The notes beneath the pieces are model-generated. The model was not told where the DNA came from. It saw only the letters and a program-made list of their open reading frames with translations, and did not search any database. Shown piece by piece: positions 16,354 through 23,441 of a DNA stretch of 23,441 nucleotides. Location of the stretch: positions 1-23,441 of the forward strand of contig JAWBKB010000022.1 in NCBI GenBank assembly GCA_038831915.1. The letters are read 5' to 3'. Made by a program: the position numbers and the translations under genes. The DNA comes from Candidatus Caldarchaeum sp. Lineage in GTDB: Archaea > Thermoproteota > Nitrososphaeria_A > Caldarchaeales > Caldarchaeaceae. Positions within the stretch are counted from its first letter, which is position 1, and the number at the start of each line of letters is the position of its first letter.

Positions 16354-18132
16354 ATGGACAGGCTCGATGTTGTAGAGCAGGTTCTCAGGCTTCCTGAGCT
16401 TTCGCTGGTTGATCTGTCCCGTGACGGGGCATGGGCAGTTATTGTTTCCAACCTTACAGGCTCCTACCAGCTCTGGTCGTTCAAGCTGGCCGACAAAACT
16501 GTTGTCCAAGTTTCTCACGGCGACCAGCGTGTGACTTATGCCAGGGTTTCCCCCGATTTGAAAAACGTTTTCTTCCTTCGGGATTTTGATGGAAAGGAGA
16601 GACATCAGCTATTTGTGACCTCTATCGAAGGCGGGGAGAAGGAGATGCAGCTATCGGATTTTAAGGATTTGAGGCTCTTCGATTTTGCATGCTCCCCACA
16701 AGGCCGGAAAATTGCTTTAACAGGCAGCACTTCGGAATCAAACTATCTGTGGGTTTTTGACGTTTACGAAGGCAGGCTAGAGCCGGTCTTTAAATCAGGC
16801 GGGTGGATTTTCTCCCCCAGCTATTCCGAAAGCGGTGACGTTTTGGCTTTTTCAGCCAATACAACTGGAACACCACGATCCAGCGAGATCGTGGTAATCG
16901 ATTTTCAAAGCGGTGCAACCTCGGTCTACACACCTAAACCAGGCAGCGAAAACACCATCCCTAAATGGCATCCACAAGCCATGCGAATACTTTTCAAGAC
17001 TAATGCAGCAGGGCCTTATGACCTAGCCATTTACGACATAGATTCAAGCTCTTTCACAACAATGGGTTTGTCGAAATACGGTGTGGATTTCACAGATTTT
17101 GGATGGCTTTCCGACGGGGGTGTATTCTGGTTTGTTGCACGGAGAAATGGAAGATCTAAACTATACGTCAGGAAGGATGGTGGTGATGTGGCTGAGGTTG
17201 AAACCCCGGTTGGAACGATTACAGGCATTGAGGTGGACAGGACTGGTTCCTTTGCCGTGTTTTCATGGTCATCTCTGTCAAGACCTCCAGTTCTTTATAG
17301 GGTTGACATAAAGTCAGGAAAACTTCACCTGCTTTACGAGCCAGCTCAGCTCCGTGGATTGCCTCTGGGGAAAGCGGAATTCATCAGCTACAGGTCTTTC
17401 GACGGCTTGGAGGTGCCGGGCTTTTTGCTGCTTGCAGAAGGGAAAAAAGAGCCTAAACCCTGTGTAGTATGGGTACATGGCGGGCCGTGGTGGGAGGTAG
17501 GGGATGAATGGAATGCACCTGTGCAGGCTCTTTGTGCAGCAGGCTTCCACGTCCTCTGTCCAAACTTTAGAGGAAGCACCGGGTATGGTGCTGATTTCGA
17601 GAGATTGAATATAGGTGACCCTGGTGGAGGCGACATGCAGGACGTGCTGCATGGTGTGAAGTATCTTTACGAGCTTGGGCTTGTGGATGATGAGCGGGTT
17701 GGGGTTGCTGGCGCAAGCTATGGAGGATTTATGACTTTTCTCACAATGACAAAGAACCCCGATGTCTGGAAGGCTGGGGCTGCCATAGTTGGTGTTACGG
17801 ATTGGATGGAGGATTATGAGCTTTCAGACGCGGCTTTCAGAAACTTCACGGAGCAGCTGCTGGGCAAGCCTGAAGAAAAACCAGAACTGTTCCGTGACAG
17901 GTCTCCGATAAACTTTGTTCATCAAACCAAAGCACCGATACTTGTCTGGCATAGGGCCAACGACAGCCGATGTCCACTCCAGCCAGTTGAGAAATTCGTG
18001 AAAAAACTGAAGCAGCTGGGCAAGCCCCACGAGTTCTATGTTGTCGAAGGAGAAGGCCACGGCGTTCAAAGGCTGGAAAACTTCGTAAAACAATACAGAA
18101 CTGTTGCAGACTTTTTCCTACGGTATCTTTGA
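16354..18132 (+). CDS. S9 family acylaminoacyl-peptidase / prolyl oligopeptidase (beta-propeller plus alpha/beta hydrolase)
   Basis: VHGGP, PNFRGSTGYG, nucleophile GASYGG, Asp in NDSRCP, His in EGHG; start probably ATG 16354 after GAGGGG (alternative 16333). Confidence 0.92.
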   Translation: MDRLDVVEQVLRLPELSLVDLSRDGAWAVIVSNLTGSYQLWSFKLADKTVVQVSHGDQRVTYARVSPDLKNVFFLRDFDGKERHQLFVTSIEGGEKEMQLSDFKDLRLFDFACSPQGRKIALTGSTSESNYLWVFDVYEGRLEPVFKSGGWIFSPSYSESGDVLAFSANTTGTPRSSEIVVIDFQSGATSVYTPKPGSENTIPKWHPQAMRILFKTNAAGPYDLAIYDIDSSSFTTMGLSKYGVDFTDFGWLSDGGVFWFVARRNGRSKLYVRKDGGDVAEVETPVGTITGIEVDRTGSFAVFSWSSLSRPPVLYRVDIKSGKLHLLYEPAQLRGLPLGKAEFISYRSFDGLEVPGFLLLAEGKKEPKPCVVWVHGGPWWEVGDEWNAPVQALCAAGFHVLCPNFRGSTGYGADFERLNIGDPGGGDMQDVLHGVKYLYELGLVDDERVGVAGASYGGFMTFLTMTKNPDVWKAGAAIVGVTDWMEDYELSDAAFRNFTEQLLGKPEEKPELFRDRSPINFVHQTKAPILVWHRANDSRCPLQPVEKFVKKLKQLGKPHEFYVVEGEGHGVQRLENFVKQYRTVADFFLRYL

Positions 18133-18204
18133 AAACACACAGCAACCGATTGGTGTGTTGCTGTTGTTCAACGCTTATATGATGTTATTTGAGAGAGCCT
18201 GTTG

Positions 18205-18732
18205 ATGAAACGGTTTCAACATTTTGAAACAGTTGCCATAAATCGCTTCGAAACGTTGATAGGGGATTTTTGGGCAGCAGCCTCCAACAAAGGTTTGGTA
18301 CGTCTTGAAAGAGAAGTAGCCAAACAATCTTTTGTTCACAGGCTTGAAAGGTCTGGAATGAAGACCGTCGAAAAACTGACAACAGTTATCAGAACCGTGC
18401 ATAAACAGCTCAACGAATATCTTAACGGGGAAAGACGTAGTTTCAACATCCCGCTTGACCTACGGTTTAGAGGATTCGAGTTGATGGTGTTACGTGCAGT
18501 AATGGCTATACCGTTCGGCGAGACACGCAGCTACAAGGCTGTAGCAGCCATGATAGGGCGTCCAAACGCTTATCGAGCCGCAGGCAACGCCGTCGCCAAA
18601 AATCCAATAACCATAATTATTCCATGCCATAGGGTGATCAGGTCTGATGGACGGCTCGGAAAATACGGCGGAGATACACGTGTCAAAGCATGGCTTCTAA
18701 AGCATGAAGGCGTAGAGATAGACATTACATAA
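18205..18732 (+). CDS. ogt: Methylated-DNA--protein-cysteine methyltransferase
   Basis: IPFGETRSY, RAAGNAVAKNP, active-site PCHRV, K.WLLKHEG. Confidence 0.93.
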   Translation: MKRFQHFETVAINRFETLIGDFWAAASNKGLVRLEREVAKQSFVHRLERSGMKTVEKLTTVIRTVHKQLNEYLNGERRSFNIPLDLRFRGFELMVLRAVMAIPFGETRSYKAVAAMIGRPNAYRAAGNAVAKNPITIIIPCHRVIRSDGRLGKYGGDTRVKAWLLKHEGVEIDIT

Positions 18733-19159
18733 CGTTATGTTTTGGAAGTTGTAAAAGCCTTGTTATAAGCTCGTAAGTTTTTGACGCTTGCTCGATGGCT
18801 TGCTCAGCATCCTTTCTGTCAACCAGGTCGTCAGGCGACAGCAGCGCTTCCTCGCCTCCGTAAAAGCTGACCTCTCTCTTGGCGGCGAGACTTCTAGAAG
18901 CGTTGGCGAGAAACTCTATTTCGTATGCGAACCATGCGGGAAACCTATCCCTGTATTCTAGTAAAACATCTGACACGTCATGTATTTTGGGGTATTCGAC
19001 GCCGATGGTTTTCAACGCCGCTTTCAGACATAGCTCAACACATTCTTGCGAGAGCCTGAGAGTGTAGGGATAGTTTCCTCTTTCAAGAGCTCTCTTAGCG
19101 TCGTCCAGCCTGTCGCCAGCTTGCCTGATGTACGCTTTCGCGATTTTAGCCAGGTTCAG
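18725..19159 (-). CDS. HEPN domain protein (partner of the upstream nucleotidyltransferase)
   Basis: A.DRL.DA, SQECVELCLKAAL, PKIHDV and REVSFYG motifs; likely start is CTG at 19159 overlapping the upstream TGA, start uncertain. Confidence 0.85.
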   Translation of the reverse strand: MNLAKIAKAYIRQAGDRLDDAKRALERGNYPYTLRLSQECVELCLKAALKTIGVEYPKIHDVSDVLLEYRDRFPAWFAYEIEFLANASRSLAAKREVSFYGGEEALLSPDDLVDRKDAEQAIEQASKTYELITRLLQLPKHNVM

Positions 19160-19893
19160 AGCGTGGACGCCTCCACCGCTCTCGGACCCAGGTCCCAGTA
19201 CCAAGCACCACGCTTTGACATGTAGCGTTTAGCCCCCATCAACTCCAGCCTAGACCGCATCTGCGAAAACAAGCTGCGGAGAAAACCGTCGTCCAACAGT
19301 ATGGCTGCGTCGTACACCATGTCTAGGAAAAGGAGGGGCAGTCTTTCGGCTTCGCTTTTCTTTAAAGGATAGAAGCTCAGCCTAGTGTGTATGCCGTACG
19401 ATTTGAGGAAACTTAGTTCAGACTTGACGTCGACGTCGCGCTCGATCTCGAGCAACGCGTCTATCCGTGAAGACAGACTGCCGCTGAAACTGTCTGAGAC
19501 GACTAACAGGTCCACGTCGCTCAACGGGGTGGCGGAGTGCCTAGCCACAGAGCCGTAGACGGCGGCAGACGAAGGCCTCCAAGACTTTTTCAGAGCGCGT
19601 AAAACGTCGTAGACGAGCTGTACATATTCGCCTTGGATGTTGGACGGCTTGCTGACAGCGCCTGATGCAACCAACATGAAGCTTCTCGGGTCGAGAAGCC
19701 TGTAGAGCCGGGGACGAGTTCTCCGAAAATCTATCAAAGCTCCCGACCTTCTTAACACGGTTAGAAGAACGTGGGCTCTGCCGCCGTCGATGGAAAGCCT
19801 GCTGCATACTTCGTCGAAGCCGAAAACCCCTCGGCCGAAAAGGGAGTAAAGGCTTGCAAACCTCTCGCCAGCCCATCTAGGAGGCCATGTCAC
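19156..19893 (-). CDS. Minimal nucleotidyltransferase (MNT, PolB superfamily) with an N-terminal winged-HTH-like domain
   Basis: YGSVARHSATPLSDVDLLVV = GS-x10-DxD; N-terminal ~75 aa FGFDEVCSRL...LLTVLRRSGAL...RLYRL resembles a wHTH; GTG 19893 lies ~25 nt downstream of a TATA-like TTAATTA. Confidence 0.82.
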   Translation of the reverse strand: MTWPPRWAGERFASLYSLFGRGVFGFDEVCSRLSIDGGRAHVLLTVLRRSGALIDFRRTRPRLYRLLDPRSFMLVASGAVSKPSNIQGEYVQLVYDVLRALKKSWRPSSAAVYGSVARHSATPLSDVDLLVVSDSFSGSLSSRIDALLEIERDVDVKSELSFLKSYGIHTRLSFYPLKKSEAERLPLLFLDMVYDAAILLDDGFLRSLFSQMRSRLELMGAKRYMSKRGAWYWDLGPRAVEASTL

Positions 19894-20059
19894 ATCAGAT
19901 AGTAAGCTTAACAAATAATTAAGGTTTTTAGATATATAGTTGTCCACAGCCATCCTCAAAAATACAAAAAAGCTCCACCGGCGTTACACAAGCTTTTTCG
20001 CTGAACTTTTGTACATGTTTCATGCTTATTAACTTCGTTTAACTGTGGTTGTTTTAGGT

Positions 20060-21052
20060 TTGCAGCTTGTCGACGGCTTCGGCCGTGTTGCACGGAAGCT
20101 AAGGCTTTCTGTCACCGACAGATGTAACTTCAGATGCGATTTCTGCATGCCGCTGAACCCTGTGTGGATACCTCACCGGGAGATTCTGACGTACGAGGAA
20201 ATGGCGAGGATTGTCAGGATTCTTGTTTCCATGGGTGTGACTAAGATAAGGCTCAGCGGCGGAGAGCCGTTGATGAGACGGGACATAGAGAAGGGCATAA
20301 AAATGTTAAGGGAAATTCCAGGCGTGGAGCACATCTCCATGACGACAAACGGCTACTTTCTCGCTGAGAAGGCCGAAGCCCTCAAGCGGGCGGGGCTCGA
20401 CAGCGTGACCGTAAGCCTCCACAGCCTCAAGCCCGAGAGGTTTGAGGAGATAGTCGGCAGGAAAGACGTTTTCAGCAAGGTTCTCGAAGGAATCGACAAA
20501 GCTCGGAAGGTTGGACTCGAGCCCGTCAAAATAAACTGCGTCATAACGCGCGGCTGCAACGACGACGAAATCCTCGACTTCGTGGAGCTTGGACGAGCGT
20601 CTGCGCTTGTGATAAGGTTCATAGAATACATGCCTTTCGACGGAAGACATATGTGGAGTCCTGAAAAGCTTGTCAGCGGAGCCGAGATAATCGCACGCAT
20701 TCAGGAGAGGTATGAGCTGGAGAGGTTGCCGCGCGAGCCTGGAAGCACGTCAGTCGGCTACAGGTTCAAAGACGGGGGAAAAGGCATGGTCAACATCATC
20801 ACGTCGATGACCCAGCCCTTCTGCGGCGACTGCGACAGAATACGGCTGTCCGCCGACGGCAAGATAGTTCCCTGCCTCTTCAGCCGCGACGAATACGACG
20901 TCAAAAGCTTGTTGAGAGGAGGAGCCTCCGACGAGGAGATAGCCGAGTTCATTAGACGCTCGTACAGAAGGAAGTTTGCGGGCGTTGAGGCGTTGATCAA
21001 AAGCGGCAGGGTTCAGCCGTTGATTAGACCCATGCATACTATAGGCGGCTAA
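20060..21052 (+). CDS. moaA: GTP 3',8-cyclase MoaA (radical SAM)
   Basis: LRLSVTDRCNFRCDFC, SGGEPL, TTNG, RFIEYMP, second cluster FCGDCDRIRLSADGKIVPCL, C-terminal MHTIGG; start TTG 20060 or GTG 20045. Confidence 0.95.
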   Translation: MQLVDGFGRVARKLRLSVTDRCNFRCDFCMPLNPVWIPHREILTYEEMARIVRILVSMGVTKIRLSGGEPLMRRDIEKGIKMLREIPGVEHISMTTNGYFLAEKAEALKRAGLDSVTVSLHSLKPERFEEIVGRKDVFSKVLEGIDKARKVGLEPVKINCVITRGCNDDEILDFVELGRASALVIRFIEYMPFDGRHMWSPEKLVSGAEIIARIQERYELERLPREPGSTSVGYRFKDGGKGMVNIITSMTQPFCGDCDRIRLSADGKIVPCLFSRDEYDVKSLLRGGASDEEIAEFIRRSYRRKFAGVEALIKSGRVQPLIRPMHTIGG

Positions 21053-21750
21053 AGGCTGAAAAGCCGGCCGAGCTCAGGTCTTTCAACACCGCATCCAAGA
21101 ACCTTCAGCGTGTTCCAGAGGGTTGACGAGTTGCTGGAGACAGCTGGCTTGCCGGTCTTCTCCTCTATCTGTCTGATGGCGTTGAAGGTTCTGAGGTTTG
21201 TGCAGCTTATAAAAACCGCGTCCGCCTCTCCATAACGTGTTCTTCCAACCCAATCCACAACCTCCTCATCCTTAATCATGCCAATCTCTCTGTTGCCGAC
21301 AACCGATGCATGATAGCTGCTGACAACCTCGAACCCATAGTGCAGCAGGAAAGCCGCTTCTAGAGAGGTTATGTCGGCGGTGTAAGGTGTTACGAGACAG
21401 ATTCTCTTCGCGCCGAGATGTTTCAAAGCTCTGAGCACAGCACCCGAGGTCGCAACGCATTCCAAGCCTGTGGCGTTCTTAATCTCCTGCTCTATCCTGG
21501 TAAACTGATCACGTCCTCCCACAAAGCTGCCGCTGGTGCATGCAAAGGCTATGACGTTGACGGCTGCGGTTGCAAGCTTCCTAGCCTCCCTGACGGCTTC
21601 GTCCTCAAGCTTCATAAGCTCGCTCACCTCCACCCGCTCGAGAAAAACCCGTGCAGCGTGAACCGTCGCAACGCCTTGAAGAACACGGTTGAACTCGTAT
21701 TCCACTGTCGTGTTGGACGATGGAACGATAACCCCCACCCTGTACATCAC
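21049..21750 (-). CDS. Maleate cis-trans isomerase / arylmalonate decarboxylase-family protein (Asp-Glu racemase superfamily)
   Basis: GVIVPSSNTTVE, FACTSGS, VTPY, FISCTNL, SSN motifs. Confidence 0.88.
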   Translation of the reverse strand: MMYRVGVIVPSSNTTVEYEFNRVLQGVATVHAARVFLERVEVSELMKLEDEAVREARKLATAAVNVIAFACTSGSFVGGRDQFTRIEQEIKNATGLECVATSGAVLRALKHLGAKRICLVTPYTADITSLEAAFLLHYGFEVVSSYHASVVGNREIGMIKDEEVVDWVGRTRYGEADAVFISCTNLRTFNAIRQIEEKTGKPAVSSNSSTLWNTLKVLGCGVERPELGRLFSL

Positions 21751-21812
21751 GGTTCTACCGTGAAAACCGGCAAATATTGTTTAAATGATGGTTATTACGG
21801 CGGAGTTAAGGA

Positions 21813-23441
21813 ATGCTTCACGTCGCCGTTGACGTCGGAGGCACGTTCACCGACCTCGTGGCCTTCGATGAGGATGCTGAAGCCATTTACATCGTCAAAG
21901 TCAGAAGCACACCGCGCAACCCTGAGCAAGGCTTCATCACCTCGCTCAAAACCCTGCTAAACAAGCATGGATTGCACGCCTCCGACGTTAAAACCATAAT
22001 CCACGTAAACACGATTGGGACAAACCTGCTTAGGGGGCAGCTGGGTCTTGAGATCCCGAGGACGGCTTTGGTTACGACGAAAGGCTTCCGCGACGTGCTT
22101 GAGATAGGACGGCAGAACAGACCTGAGCTCTACAACATTTTTTATAATAGGCCGAAGCCGCTTGTTCCGCGCCAGCTCAGGATGGAGGTTGACGAAAGAG
22201 TTGACAGCCGGGGCGCATGCCTAGCAGAGGTAAACGCCGAGCAGCTAGATGAGATAGCGGAGGCGTTCATCCGTGAAAAAGTAGAGACCGTGGCCGTCAG
22301 CTTCCTAAACAGCTACCTCAACCCCTCCAACGAGAAAAAAGCCAAGCAACATCTCCAGAAAAGGCTCAAAATACCTGTCACCGCCTCGCATGAGGTCAAC
22401 CCAGAGCACAGGGAGTATGAGAGGACAAGCACCACCGTCGTCAACGCCGTTCTGAAACCCGTCGTCTCCCGCTATTTCAACGAAGTCATCAACCGACTCG
22501 AGGAGACAGGTGTGAAGGCTACAGTCGAGATCATGAGTTCCTCAGGAGGCCTGGTAGACGTCACAGAATCCATGGAAAAACCTGTGTCATGCATCGAGTC
22601 AGGCCCCGCCGCAGGGGTTATAGGGGCTGCGGAGCTCGCACGGCGGCTTGGCGTCATGAACTTGATAAGCCTAGACATGGGTGGCACGACGGCCAAGGCA
22701 GGCGCCGTAGTCAACGGACAGCCTCTATACGTTCCAGAGATCGAGGTCGGCGGAAAAGTTCACATGGGCCGGTTTGTCAAGGGAAGCGGATATCCTGTCA
22801 GATATCCGTCGGTCGACCTCGCAGAGGTGAGCGCGGGAGGAGGCACGATAATAGACGTTGACGAATCTGGAGGATTGAAGGTGGGGCCCATGAGCGCGGG
22901 AGCCGACCCAGGGCCCGCATGCTACGGGTTCGGCGGCACGATGCCAACGATAACGGATGCAAACCTTGTGCTTGGAAGGCTTCAAAGCCTGCTGGGCGGT
23001 GAGTTCAAGCTCAACAAAGACCTAGCCCTCTCCGCCCTCAACAGCGTAGCTGACAAGGTTGGCGCAACCCCAGTGGAGACAGCTTCGGCTGCCCTCACAC
23101 TGGTCAACCTGCAGATGGCGAGGGCAGTCCATCTCGTAAGCCTCGAGAGAGGCTACAACCCAAGCGACTTCGTTCTGATGGCTTTCGGAGGCGCTGGACC
23201 CATGCACGCCGCAGAACTCGCCCAGCAAATAGGCATGTCAACCGTCATCATCCCACCCCACCCAGGCCTGTTCACATCCCTCGGCCTTCTGATGACGGAC
23301 TTCCGCTACACCTTCGTCAAAGGATTCATTAAGGTTCTCTCAGCCGAAAGCGAACAACACTTCGAAAATGTCTTCGCCGACATGGAGCTGGAGGCGTTAC
23401 GCCATCTGGAGAGCAGAAAGATAAGAGCAGACAACGCGATG
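21813..23441 (+). CDS. Hydantoinase A / ATP-dependent 5-oxoprolinase subunit A (runs off window end)
   Basis: Manual translation from ATG 21813: MLHVAVDVGGTFTD, TTKGFRDVLEIGRQNRP, EYERTSTTVVNA, ESGPAAG, DMGGTTAKAG, SAGADPGPACYG, FGGAGPMHA; no stop in window, so absent from the ORF track. Confidence 0.92.
   Translation, partial: MLHVAVDVGGTFTDLVAFDEDAEAIYIVKVRSTPRNPEQGFITSLKTLLNKHGLHASDVKTIIHVNTIGTNLLRGQLGLEIPRTALVTTKGFRDVLEIGRQNRPELYNIFYNRPKPLVPRQLRMEVDERVDSRGACLAEVNAEQLDEIAEAFIREKVETVAVSFLNSYLNPSNEKKAKQHLQKRLKIPVTASHEVNPEHREYERTSTTVVNAVLKPVVSRYFNEVINRLEETGVKATVEIMSSSGGLVDVTESMEKPVSCIESGPAAGVIGAAELARRLGVMNLISLDMGGTTAKAGAVVNGQPLYVPEIEVGGKVHMGRFVKGSGYPVRYPSVDLAEVSAGGGTIIDVDESGGLKVGPMSAGADPGPACYGFGGTMPTITDANLVLGRLQSLLGGEFKLNKDLALSALNSVADKVGATPVETASAALTLVNLQMARAVHLVSLERGYNPSDFVLMAFGGAGPMHAAELAQQIGMSTVIIPPHPGLFTSLGLLMTDFRYTFVKGFIKVLSAESEQHFENVFADMELEALRHLESRKIRADNAM

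Noticed and set aside
5015-21750. Nicotinate (maleamate) pathway from the NicX-like gene, maleate isomerase and MoaA
   Set aside because: The genes are about 15 kb apart in different transcription units, and no hydroxylase, deformylase or maleamate amidase is present in the window
192-23228. Numerous short ORF-track entries antisense to or out of frame within recognised genes (e.g. 2776-3321, 11511-11999, 14897-15346, 21418-21960, 22472-23228)
   Set aside because: Shadow ORFs overlapping well-supported genes, with no family motifs
1-23441. CRISPR array, tRNA or rRNA genes
   Set aside because: No regularly spaced direct repeats, cloverleaf or rRNA-like sequence seen by eye; a tRNAscan/Infernal run would be needed to exclude them formally

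Overview
Archaeal-style window (TATA/BRE promoters close to start codons, AGA/AGG/ATA-rich codons; lineage not determinable from sequence alone, though it resembles thermophilic TACK archaea). Left to right: (1) a probable corrinoid/iron-chelate uptake and salvage locus (partial BtuF-like gene, DUF71 PP-loop ATPase, SBP-permease-ATPase operon preceded by a 19-bp palindrome); (2) a ~10.5-kb, apparently AT-richer block encoding a complete Dpp/Opp ABC transporter interleaved with DUF1177, a hydantoin/Asp-Glu racemase and DUF917, plus a divergent AroM / M29-NicX-fold pair. This block is the best candidate for an uncharacterised uptake-and-catabolism system. It is bounded by a possible decayed gene on the left and an internally deleted IS6 relic on the right; (3) an S9 acylpeptide hydrolase, Ogt, a wHTH-MNT/HEPN pair, a bacterial-type MoaA, a maleate isomerase-family gene and the 5' part of a hydantoinase A/5-oxoprolinase gene. 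No rRNA, tRNA or CRISPR array was seen. All family calls come from motif recognition, not database searches.
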